Shown here: piece after piece, positions 55,801 to 64,000 of the stretch
How the letters are laid out: the number at the start of each line of letters is the position of its first letter
Position numbering within the stretch: the stretch's first letter is position 1
Source: Mytilus trossulus
Taxonomy: Eukaryota
Direction: 5' to 3'
Assembly (NCBI RefSeq): GCF_036588685.1
Contig: NC_086373.1
Coordinates: 868,001-932,000, forward strand
DNA: 64,000 nt
Notes under the pieces: model-generated
The model's database searches: none
What the model was told of the DNA's origin: nothing
What the model saw: only the letters and a program-made list of their open reading frames with translations
Translations under genes and position numbers: made by a program

Positions 55801-56446
55801 ATGATTGGAAATGGTGTAATTAAAGTCTCATCTTTAATTCATCTCAGATTCTTAGAAGTAATATACTATAGAGGGGTTAATTGAAAGGTTTGTAAACCAT
55901 AATACAACACCTAGGTGTAATTTACTTTATAGCCCCTAGTCTGACAGAATGTTGGACAAGATGAGAGGGTTTTAACCAGTTAAATTAGCATCTCATTATA
56001 TTACCTATCTACCTGTCTGTGTATTCCCCTCTCATTATATTACCTATCTACCTGTCTGTGTATCCCCTGAGAGTCTGCCAGCAAATGTAATACCTGCTGT
56101 CTACTTAAAACTAGAGTAAACACATTCACTTTAATATACAGCTAGAAAAACATCAAATTATAAATTATATTGCATTGATCAAAAGTGCTGTCTAGAAACA
56201 AAATAATTTACATTAACAGGTCTGAAATTTTTCTAAAGGGGGAGGGGGGGACACAAAATGTTCCTGGATTTCTCAGGTCTATGCCTACTTTGAGGAGACA
56301 TCAGGTGTTGATATAGTCTGTTGTACTCAACAATAATTTTGGGTGATTATCTTAATACATTTTACACATCATTTCATTGATTTCTTATCCTATAAGTGAA
56401 CTTACCTTTTGTATACAAACAATGATCCCTCTATTTCTGTTCTTTC
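10765..56446 (-). CDS. DCP1: mRNA-decapping enzyme subunit 1 (DCP1A/B-like), spliced gene with 5' exon outside the window; join of 10 exons listed separately
   Basis: The hand-spliced ORF is 1473 nt with no internal stop. EVH1 motifs ERTEIEGSLFVYKR, HGFMILNRL, DLEFQLQDPFVLYRN and IYGIWFYDKDEC; motifs IMQMLSKAQDEYDK and LTLETLF; LLSPMAF; C-terminal trimerization domain LTKEQLQQAIVYLMKTDPSFINTLHEAYLSSL. All introns are GT-AG with matching phases. Confidence 0.96.
11134..11258 (-). CDS. DCP1: DCP1 coding exon 10 (125 nt; DDQGKLNRS...LTKEQLQQAIVYLMK)
   Basis: aacag acceptor, gtaaat donor; start of the trimerization domain; phase 1->0. Confidence 0.93.
11689..12071 (+). mobile_element. Internally deleted HINE/pearl-like (Helentron-associated) non-autonomous element, family A
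   Basis: 5' aactagagagcctgtgtcgctcacct, 3' gggccaggtgagctaaaa (gctcacct/aggtgagc inverted); homologous to 17745-19318 and 29731-30378. Confidence 0.75.
12127..12247 (-). CDS. DCP1: DCP1 coding exon 9 (121 nt; GSVPSTKQLTAAAASLNSDVLLSPMAFVRGSQKSPSSTLS)
   Basis: ttaacag acceptor, gtatgt donor; LLSPxxF motif; phase 0->1. Confidence 0.88.
12514..13292. repeat. Minisatellite with ~46/51/69-bp unit variants x~14
   Basis: acattaacagaaatcgtagtcctaatgataatatacatgac(atgac)ctaa, with interspersed catctactaggactgagctgttga variant. Confidence 0.95.
13509..14088. mobile_element. MITE with ~20-bp TIRs (AGG...CCT, Kolobok-like)
   Basis: aaaggagtaggtccggtaag (13507-13526) / cttaccggacctactccttt (14071-14090); internal inverted repeat gtggccgcat..gtgttcatcc; second copy at 29363-30555. 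TSD is not a clean TTAA. Confidence 0.8.
14802..15300 (-). CDS. DCP1: DCP1 coding exon 8 (499 nt; RSLSVTDTPKMATE...LLTPAALEKSSSSEK), low-complexity middle region
   Basis: ttcag acceptor, gtaata donor; coincides with ORF 14763..15296; phase 2->0. Confidence 0.9.
15820..16443. repeat. 57-bp minisatellite x11 made of the DCP1 exon 7 3' end plus its splice donor
   Basis: Unit atactaaatacctatgaaatgtaggtggaggtttgcttgtttccaccactgaagttt; the last copy is the real exon end. Confidence 0.97.
16403..16556 (-). CDS. DCP1: DCP1 coding exon 7 (154 nt; DVDSTQNARPSSGPLTLETLFRNASM...KPPPTFH)
   Basis: ttttag acceptor, gtattt donor; LTLETLF helical leucine-rich motif; phase 1->2. Confidence 0.88.
16676..16960 (+). 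mobile_element. SINE-like interspersed repeat, family B (partial copies at 22050-22222 + and 26838-27033 -)
   Basis: Shared ...gggaatttctcgctgcattgaagacc...gacacattccccatttccattctcaattt in three copies. Confidence 0.7.
17276..17335 (-). other. Duplicated 3' part of DCP1 exon 6 with its own AG/GT (candidate cassette exon or pseudo-exon)
   Basis: 53/60 identical to 17374-17433; ataccag acceptor, gtttgtt donor; 60 nt, phase 1-1. Confidence 0.6.
17374..17485 (-). CDS. DCP1: DCP1 coding exon 6 (112 nt; SKKKPDPKPFIDNPNASATKSSDLIRPRPVKAGKEDS)
   Basis: gtttcag acceptor, gtttgt donor; phase 0->1 fits neighbours; overlaps ORF 17249..17494. Confidence 0.88.
17745..19318 (+). mobile_element. Two tandem/nested HINE/pearl-like elements, family A (second starts at 18591)
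   Basis: Two 5' ends (tgtgtcgctcacc; aactagaggctctaaagagcctgtgttgctcacc), internal repeats, gacgacagacg microsatellite, 3' hairpin agctcac-ttt-gccc-ttt-gggc-cag-gtgagct. Confidence 0.8.
21254..21415. mobile_element. MITE with 5-bp TSD (hAT5-like)
   Basis: TIR caggcccgtagccagg / cctggctacgggtatg; TSD atcat on both sides. Confidence 0.8.
21807..21963 (-). CDS. DCP1: DCP1 coding exon 5 (157 nt; SYLQVAIESH...VNIMQMLSKAQDEYDK)
   Basis: ttttcag acceptor, gtttgt donor; conserved IxxMLSKAxDEY motif; phase 2->0. Confidence 0.93.
22273..23535. mobile_element. 1.26-kb non-autonomous DNA transposon with 5-bp TSD (hAT5-like)
   Basis: Perfect 14-bp TIR caaggccgtaacta / tagttacggccttg; TSD gatac on both sides; no transposase ORF. 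Confidence 0.85.
23870..24050 (+). mobile_element. SINE-like repeat, family C (other fragments near 680-728, 8750-8800, 15650-15810, 17560-17660, 32445-32492, 45250-45295, 50925-51068)
   Basis: Recurring 3' motif ggatggagagttgtctcattggcaatcataccacatctt in both orientations. Confidence 0.65.
24923..24986 (-). CDS. DCP1: DCP1 coding exon 4 (64 nt; AIYGIWFYDKDECSRIGQMIN)
   Basis: tttttag acceptor, gtatat donor; IYGIWFY EVH1 motif; phase 1->2. Confidence 0.95.
27644..27913. repeat. 47/41-bp minisatellite x6, 18 nt from the exon 3 donor
   Basis: atggggttagttagctacatattg(a/c)tgtaggtaggtgtctctaagag. Confidence 0.95.
27931..28058 (-). CDS. DCP1: DCP1 coding exon 3 (128 nt; SASPTHGFMILNRLGLNNQIEPITKDLEFQLQDPFVLYRNSK)
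   Basis: ttttcag acceptor, gtatgt donor; highly conserved Dcp1 EVH1 segment; phase 2->1. Confidence 0.96.
29363..30555. mobile_element. Second, inverted copy of the 13509-14088 MITE, interrupted by a HINE-like insertion and a poly-A tract
   Basis: Homologous to the reverse complement of 13509-14088 on both sides of 29731-30378. Confidence 0.8.
29731..30378 (+). mobile_element. Chimeric HINE/pearl-like element nested in the MITE
   Basis: 5' acttgtaagggttccgcggaacccagtgtctcgcc fused to a family A body and 3' hairpin ...gggccaggtgagctaaaa. Confidence 0.7.
33041..33612. mobile_element. MITE with GAG...CTC termini (Sola-like, class uncertain)
   Basis: TIR gagggtggtaaaggg / ccctttaccaccctc, flanked by ttataa on both sides; CpG-rich cacg-aaa subterminal motifs. 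Confidence 0.8.
34145..35160. repeat. 25-bp minisatellite x~40
   Basis: ttgctgaccatagaattataagaca. Confidence 0.97.
35442..35560. repeat. 24-bp tandem repeat x5
   Basis: acaattaaaacaattcattgcatt. Confidence 0.9.
35696..36242. repeat. Old degenerate ~38-40-bp tandem repeat
   Basis: ttttgtcagtctttta-tttggcc..agtg..gtatg recurs about 14 times. Confidence 0.8.
36541..36682. mobile_element. Degenerate GC-rich short MITE
   Basis: G-rich 5' end, ggggttggaacccc hairpin, 3' tggctggatccgcccct. Confidence 0.5.
39590..39922. repeat. 34-bp minisatellite x~10
   Basis: tctcatctctggcagggggtatattcatacacaa. Confidence 0.95.
41476..44250. repeat. 44-bp minisatellite x~63 (2.8 kb)
   Basis: catacaagttccaatctctcactctagagctttgtcagcaagca with variant units. 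Confidence 0.98.
47581..48265. mobile_element. Kolobok-like non-autonomous element
   Basis: TTAA on both sides; imperfect TIR aggcacactagct / agctagttcccct. Confidence 0.75.
50424..52000. mobile_element. Ginger-like non-autonomous DNA transposon (1577 bp)
   Basis: TGT...ACA termini, ~37-bp TIR tgtaacactc..aaacgtgtccttcccccc, 4-bp TSD taca, arrays of aaacgtgtcc motifs inverted at both ends; contains a SINE-like insert at 50925-51068. Confidence 0.85.
53069..54596. repeat. 55-bp minisatellite x~28
   Basis: atcagactaagacttactaaggtcctcaaagatcatggacaatatcaatctagaa. Confidence 0.98.
56406..56446 (-). CDS. DCP1: DCP1 coding exon 2 (41 nt; ERTEIEGSLFVYK-R)
   Basis: tttcag acceptor, gtaag donor; EVH1 motif EGxLFVY; phase 0->2. 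Confidence 0.93.
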
Positions 56447-57241
56447 CTGAAAATATACAAAGAAAAGATTGAAAAACAAGTCTTTCTAAATAGCAATATC
56501 ATAATACAGTTCTGTAAAGAGGTCAGGGTATCAATGTTTTTTAAAATTTATATCACATCATTTAGAATTCTAGCATGTGATCATGAAATCCAAGAAATAA
56601 GAAACATTAAGAGGGGATCATACCGTCATCAATGTCAATAAATAACTATATGACATACATGTGGTTTGAATGTGAGGATAATATGCTCATAAGGCTGAAA
56701 ATTCTAACTGGACATTTGGACATAGGCAAACATAATTTTATCTAAATGCAGATGATTGATTGCCATCAACATGGAAATGAACAGGACATATTTTTTATTA
56801 GTGACACTTCTCTCCAAATTGATCAGAATTTGATGATTTTTTATAATTAGTTGTTGTTAGGTTGCTGTATTTTTTTAACAGCAAAAGGACTCTCTAACTT
56901 TTAAGGGATGTTAGTGCAAGTGTACTAAGAGACATTATTGAACATCTGAACTTTCAGAATTTATAACTAATCATTTCAGACACTGTTATATTCCATGTGA
57001 TTGTGTACTACACACACCCATATAGAACATAAAACATACATATCATGTATTCCTCATTAAGACATACAATATACTATTCAATTGTTTTGGGACTCTTATA
57101 CATTATAATTTAAAATAAAAATCGTTGATTAATATGTCAAATAACCTATTTTAAGTCAATTCTCACATAAAAAATAAAAGTTTCAAAAAGTGTATCCCTT
57201 GATAATTTCTACAGCTATAAGACACACTGTTCTATCAGTGA

Positions 57242-57476
57242 GGCCACACTTAAAAATATTTTGGTTTGTGCAAACCCTACCCAAAGGTTGAGACAGTGGG
57301 TAGGTAGGTAGGCATTTTCTTTTTTTTTTTCAAAATAAGAAATTGAAGTATAAGTCTTCATGCCTATTTGATTAAAAAAAAACTTCTTCAAATCAGCACA
57401 ATAAAAGAATTTGAGTAGGCAGCTTTTTTCTGGGTAGGTAGCGTTTGGGCAAACAAACCTATTATTTATTATGGCC
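57242..57476. mobile_element. MITE with GGCC termini and 3-bp TSD (PIF/Harbinger- or Zator-like)
   Basis: ggccacacttaaaaatattttggtttg / caaacaaacctatattttattatggcc; TSD tga. Confidence 0.7.
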
Positions 57477-58647
57477 TGACCTTGTATGACCTCGGTATAA
57501 ATAGAAGAGATTATGGTGTGTACTTTACATCAGAGGTAATACAGATGTATTGTTCATCAGCTGTTTCATGGCTTATAACTAGATCTATATTGTATTCTAT
57601 TAAAAAAAAAAACTGGCAAAAAATCAACTGCCATAAAAACTATAAAGCAATTCTCAAAACCACAAATTCATCATTGTTCAATGCCTTTGCCTAGAGTATG
57701 GATCTGACATTGAAATCATTCTTTGTCCTTAGACAGGGTTATGAGGCCTTGGTTATTGAGCGAAAGCTCACACCTCACTATAATTTCAAGATAGCTGCCC
57801 CTTAGAAAAGGCTGTAAGCAGATTGTTTTAGCTCATTGTTGACTACACTCTATCTATGCACTGGAGACTTGTGAACAGATGCAGGATATTAGAAAATAAA
57901 GATGTCTAACAATTATATACATGTCTTTGTCTTTAGATCTATGTATTGTAATTTATGGCATGATTAAGGCCTATCTCTCTCTTTATTAACCAATTAAAAA
58001 AGATTCTACACAATTATCTTCTTGTTTTTTAATATTCCTCCAAGGTTTATACCATTGAGACCTACTACAACAAAACACTACTAGTATTTGATAAATCATT
58101 TGTCATTTCTTGACTGTTTTCCTCATTACAGATTCTGACCTTTCATGACCTCTAATATTATATTTTGATCAGTGATATCCTTATAGACATTTCCTTTTCA
58201 ATGCAAGTGTAATTAGTCATATTTTTTTCAGGAAAAGAATTATCATTTCCATTTTAACAACATGTTTTCCAATAGCTAAGCCTTAAAATATGACATAATT
58301 TTTGAGAAAATAATGTTTAAATGAACTAATGATGTTATATATGATGTATTGGAGAAGGAAGAATTTATCATTTTCAATCCAAGGCTAACTAATGGCATGA
58401 TAAGATATAATACACAAGCAAGTTTAATTTGCTTGATAATCCATAGTATTTTCAAAGAGATACAACATGGACCGACTTGTATGCTTTTAAAAAAACATGT
58501 GCTAATGTACTATATAACCATTTATTTTAAGCATGTAATACATGTATAGCACATCAGACCTAAGAGACATAATATCTTTCAAATATATTTCAATTTTTGA
58601 TGAAAGAAAATATTCTTATAAATAGTACATGCAGTATATAACAATGT

Positions 58648-58751
58648 ATAATTTGAACAATTACGAATACTTGACTTATCACATACACATTCATTTTTTT
58701 GACATTTAATGTGTATGTGATAAGTCAAATATTCATAATTGTTCAAATTAT
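58648..58751 (-). repeat. 104-nt inverted repeat (44-bp arms, 16-nt loop) in DCP1 intron 1
   Basis: ataatttgaacaattacgaatacttgacttatcacatacacatt / aatgtgtatgtgataagtcaaatattcataattgttcaaattat. Confidence 0.9.
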
Positions 58752-58816
58752 GTGAAATGAATCAAAACTTTTAATGCTTATGAACCACAACCTACATAAC
58801 TGTAAAAAATATGAGA

Positions 58817-59446
58817 AACAAGAATGTGTCCAAAGTACACAGATGCCCAACTCACACTAACCTTTTCCACATTCCATGGACCATAATTGGGTAATAATCT
58901 AATTTGGCATTAAAATTAGAAAGATTATACTATAGTTAACATATGTACTAAGTTTCAAGTTGATTGGACTTCAAGTTTATCAAAAACTACCTTGACCAAA
59001 AACTTTAACCTGAAATTCAAACTTTCATTTTCTCTGTTTAGTGGACCATGAAATTGGGGTCAAAAGTCTAATTTGGCTTTAAAATTAGAAAGATCATATC
59101 ATAAGCAACAAGTGTACTAAGTTTCAAGTTGATTGAACTTCAGCTTCATCAAAAACTACCTTGACCAAAAACTTTAACCTGAAACTCCCACTTTCATTTT
59201 CTATGTTCAGTGGACAGTGAAATTGGGGTCAAAAGTCTAATTTGGCTTTAAAATTAGAAAGATCATATCATAAGCAACAAGTGTACTAAGTTTCAAGTTG
59301 ATTGAACTTCAGCTTCATCAAAAACTACCTGGACCAAAAACTTTAACCTGAACGGACGCACAAACAGTTGAACGAAACGGACGGACGAACGGAGCCACAG
59401 ACCAGAAAACATAATGCCCCTCTACTTTCGTATGTGGGGCACTAAA
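58817..59446 (+). mobile_element. pearl/HINE-like element with ~169-bp internal tandem repeats
   Basis: 5' aacaagaatgtgtcc..gatgccc, about three 169-bp units, ggacggacg microsatellite, 3' hairpin gcccc...ggggc then A-run. Confidence 0.8.
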
Positions 59447-61821
59447 AAAATAAATTTGTATTGCTGAATAATCACATTTCTATTATCTTTAAAGAATAAG
59501 TCTTTCAAAAGGCTCCAATAATGTGTATGTCAACCAAGGGAAATAATTTGTCAATGTGTGTGTATCATTACCACAAAAACAAAAGTTTCCAAAAAAGGGC
59601 TTTAAAACAATGTTAAACATAGAAGTTTTACATCCATAATGGACCATGTACCATCATGTATTTTAATCAGCTTGGCTAGATTAGAACTAAATTGTTTTAA
59701 AATTTAATCTACATATCATTGATCAAAGAGTAATTCAAGTAAAATTTAGCCCTTGATTTCAATTTTCATTATAGAAAACAAGAAAATTCTCTAATTTTAG
59801 GAGCCTAAAGTGTGTGCATCCTTAAAAACATATATAACATCATGTTACATGATGTTTGTCACAACAATGGTAGCAACATGTATGATTGGTGTTGTTCCTT
59901 TTATAGAGATACATATTTCCAATGATGTTTATAGTATTTTTTAGAAAAATTTATCTAACTATTTCCTGCTTAAAATGATAATTTAGTGTATATATATTCC
60001 TCCTCTTTAGATTTAATAATAAAAACCCTGTTTGTTAAATCCAGAGGTTTAACTAACAGGGTCATTTTACATAGAAGTAAATGATTGCATACATTGGACA
60101 AAGGGAGAGAACTCTATATAAGAAGTAAGAGATGTAGCAGAGTTATCTTTCTTGCTGTACACATTTTGATTGACTTTAGATTTCATTACTTTGGATTTCC
60201 CTTTCTAATACCTTCCCAAAAAGATAATATCAAGCATAAAATTCTACTAGCTGATTTGACTGATTATGTTTTCTTGTTTACATTTTTATCATAATATAAG
60301 CACAGAGATTTGCACATTTCTAGATCAAAAATCTATTCTAGCAGAATTAATTATAGTTACATAAGTATATTTGCTGATGTTTTTTTAATAAAGGAGATTG
60401 AATTGTCTCCCTTTGTACTCTTAAAAATTGTGATAAGCAATGATGAAAATGCAATTTAAGGACATAATACCATCTTAATATCCAAATTAATACTTTAAAT
60501 CATTTTAAAATAAACCAATCTATGGTTTCATTATAAAATTGCTGTCTTTTATCAAGTATTTTGTCCCATTTTACAATCTAAAGTGAAAATATAGAGTCAG
60601 GACTATAACATACACACGTAGTTGTCTCCCTTCTAACAGGAGAACAAATCTAAATGTGTGTATTATCTATTAACCATTGGAACCTTAACTTGGATAAATA
60701 CATTCACCTATTGGTCAAGATGGAGGAACATATGCTCAATTATTAAAAAATCTTTTTGTTACATGGCATGTTCTCAAATTACGCAATTATACCTGTTCAA
60801 TTAGATATGCTGAATTATGCAATAAATTAATAATCTCCTAAACAAGTTTCATGACATACCTATTAAATCAATTAAATATGCAACATATGTTCAGTCATTA
60901 TATAACAAATATTTTAGAGGAGTATTTAAAAAATCACTATGAAACTACATTTATCTTTTTGCATTTAACTAGTCCTGTATGTTTATTTAATTCGTATTTA
61001 TATAAACAAATTGTCTTTCCTAAATTGAGGTAAATTTTATGGCCTTCCAAATAATATTTGGATCCCTAACATCACAGAAGAGACATTAATTGTTGGATAT
61101 GGTGAAGTAATTTTTGCACCCTTTGTTTGCAGTATACCATCGATCTTTTCCTCAAGTTTAATATTATTTTCGGTTTGGTAATAAATTCATAATACAGATA
61201 CATTTTGTTACATTCATATTGTGATCCGTTTATTTAGAAAAGGCCAATTTCAGTCAGCAAGGGTTAAGAACATCAGTTGTACGACCTGTTAGTCAAATTT
61301 GTGTTGTAACTTTTGTTAAAATATACTTTTTCACTTTTTTGGTCTTTGGGAAAATGTTATTTGTGCTGTATTTAGACCCCTCTACCAAGAAATTTGTTTT
61401 ACATCCTCATATATAAATAAAAAAAAGTACTATCATAGGTTTTAAAGTTGTTTTCAGTTTAGACTTGAATATATGTATATGGTACAAAATCACCAAAAAT
61501 TTATAAGAAAATGAAATAATGTTAAATATTACTGATAACAGGTGCAAATGTACCCTACATCAGTATGATTGTGATGTAAAATGAATCAATTCAATCTATT
61601 CTGATTATAAAACTATAACAATCTTGAAATTTATACAATACAATAGTTTTACCCGAACATCATAGAGACAGTAGTCATATTCTAAAATGTTAACACATGA
61701 CATAGGTTATATAGCTATTTTAAATACAACAGACCACAAAGATCTGCTTCAAATAAACATAGTAATGTGCAATATGAACTGGTACAATACTAAAATTTCA
61801 AAGGTGACAACAGTTAATTAA

Positions 61822-62452
61822 GAAATAATTCATGGGGGCTTGAATATATCGTGATTTTACCACGGGTTGGCCCTTTATGACAAATATTTTACCCCTGAGC
61901 GATAGCGAGGGGTAAAATATCGGCATAAAGGGACAACCCATGGTAAAATCTAGATATATTCAAGCCCCCATGAATTATTTCGATTCTGATAGGACACATA
62001 CAGCAATTCTTTTGGATCGAAGCGCTCTAGTTGTAGGCAAATATTTGCCGTTCCCATAAATAAACGCACTAATAAACTAGCGTAAAAGAACGGAGCAAAC
62101 TGCATTAGTGACATGCTTAAACTATTTAAAATAATGTATTTAGACAGTTTTGGATGAATTTGAATGATAATTTATTTATATGTCTTATATGATGTACAAT
62201 AAAGGGCTTTTGCCACAATTTAGCATCATTTGTGTATGTTTCCGTGTGATGATTGTCGGATTCACAAGCGTGTATTTTCCCATAAAATGCTTACATTCTA
62301 ACGTCATTGTTCTATGACGACGGGTATCTCAATCATAAAAAAGCATATGACGTGGGAGTACAATCGGAACAGCACTGGCAATATATTCATATTTTACCAT
62401 GGGTGTGTACTCAAAGCGTTTGAAGGACGTCATGTTAGAATATGTTACAATA
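61822..62452. mobile_element. Repeat element beginning with a 160-bp palindrome (class uncertain, possibly Crypton-associated)
   Basis: ~75-bp arms 61822-61981 around gagcgatagcgag; CpG-richer sequence continues to about 62450. Confidence 0.5.
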
Positions 62453-62617
62453 ACAATATCATGGAAATACATTGGCAATAGATCTATAGATCTACATGTA
62501 AGCTGATTTAATATTTCAAATTTGACAACGATAGAATACTTGTAATTAAAACAGAGGCTGCATATTTTAACATCCAAAATAGATAGCAGTTTGATAATGA
62601 ATAAAAAATAATTAAAG

Positions 62618-63163
62618 AACCTTTGTGAGCACGCTCACATACCCCACATCTTCATATTGTCACTGGAGAAACAAAATCTCACTACGCAAGTGAACAACTC
62701 ACACTTCAAAGTCTCAATCTCCTGATTTTGATTCAAAGGAGCTGCGATGACAAACTACTGTTCAGTATTTTTGGGGAATTTAAATTCCAAGCGAGAGGAG
62801 TCAACAGTATAGTGAGGCAAATAAGTTCAAAGGTGCGTAACTCCAAGAAAAAAAATTGAATCACAATTTCCCGTCGATATGCACAACAATATAGTATGTC
62901 CTTATTATCTGCAAAGGTTTCGTGAAATTCTGTTGTGTGGTATGAGAGGAGTTGCGATGACAAGCTGTTGCAGTAGTACATTAAAGTAAATAAGTTTAAA
63001 GGGGCGCAACTCCTGGAAAAAAAATTGAATAGTACTTTCCTGTTGATATGCACAACTACATAGTAAGTCCTTATTATCTGAAAAGGTTTCGTGAAATTCT
63101 GTTGTGTGGTTTGAGAGGAGTTGTGATGACAAGAAACAGGACTTACGGACGGACTGACAGACA

Positions 63164-63194
<31 letters not shown>

Positions 63195-63218
63195 AAACCC
63201 GTTGCGTGGGGTATAATA
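62618..63218 (+). mobile_element. pearl/HINE-like element, third family
   Basis: Sub-TIR ataccccac / gtggggtat, internal repeats (~169 bp), ggac/agac microsatellite, 3' hairpin. Confidence 0.75.
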
Positions 63219-64000
63219 ACAAATTTTAACTAAGGTTAAATAATTGAATGTGACTGCATAGTTGTACATCTTTCTCAAATGAATAGAACCCTATTATTTT
63301 AACTGGTAAAATCAAAAAATTCCTTAAAACTGTAAGAGTTCAGTATGGAAGTCTGAGATACTGGGTACAAATGATGGTAGGGAAAATAAGGAGTTTGACA
63401 CTCACAAACTTGTTTTACAAACTTTGAACAAATGATAATTTTAAAAATGATCAAACACAAGGGTCTGTTACTAGTTATTAATCAGGTTTTCTATCCATAC
63501 CAACCCCGAAAGAGAGCAAGTCTTTAAGTAATAATTATCACTTACTTAAACTCATAATGGTTGTCAGCCATTATACCATTTGAAAACAATTAGAAGATAT
63601 GATTAAAATTCACTTTCTCAATGTCCAGCTTGAATGATGCCATTTGAATATTATAAAACGTTATATGGTCAGAAAAATGAGAAATCATTATGCTTAAAAA
63701 TGTCAATTCCTGTCAAACGTCGTAAGGTCAACAGTACACTGCTACAATGGGTTACAAAACCAAACACAGAAGCTGACAATGACTTGAGTCTTTATTGTTG
63801 GTCCTACATGTTCTGCAACATTATCTGTTAGTGCTTAGAAATCTTCACATAGGCAGTCTGGTATAACCCATCATGGAAAAAAATACTTCTCCTTGGGTTT
63901 TAACTTTTATACACAGATACATTTGTAATATGAGGATTATAAGAATTTACAAAGAAGAAAAAATTACTCTTCTTCTATTTCCAGATATATTAACTATTAT

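Noticed and set aside
31437-56066. Small two-copy duplications (31437-31520, 32300-32362, 48609-48719, 55990-56066)
   Set aside because: Ordinary local slippage duplications with no further structure
56447-64000. Search for DCP1 exon 1 (N-terminal ...DPYI...QVALY...W segment)
   Set aside because: No such sequence recognised; probably beyond the window end

Overview
AT-rich (roughly 30% GC) animal genomic DNA. The repeat families resemble those of bivalve molluscs (Mytilus-like); this is an inference. One protein-coding gene dominates the window: mRNA-decapping activator DCP1 (DCP1A/B-like) on the minus strand. I reconstructed 10 coding exons by hand (56446 down to the stop at 10765; 1473 nt = 490 aa + stop). 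All have GT-AG boundaries and consistent phases. They encode the EVH1 domain, helical leucine-rich motifs and the C-terminal trimerization domain. The first coding exon was not found and probably lies beyond position 64000. The introns (intron 2 is about 28.3 kb) are full of young minisatellites and non-autonomous DNA transposons (HINE/pearl-like, Kolobok-like, 5-bp-TSD hAT5-like, Ginger-like, Harbinger/Zator-like, pogo-like), SINE-like fragments and a decayed Penelope-type hammerhead ribozyme. The most unusual observation is that DCP1 splice junctions have been copied into the adjacent introns three separate times. The exon 7 end plus donor is amplified 11x as a 57-bp minisatellite. The exon 6 end is duplicated as a phase-symmetric 60-nt candidate exon with mostly synonymous changes. 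The exon 4 acceptor is present three times. Exon numbers assume the missing exon is exon 1.
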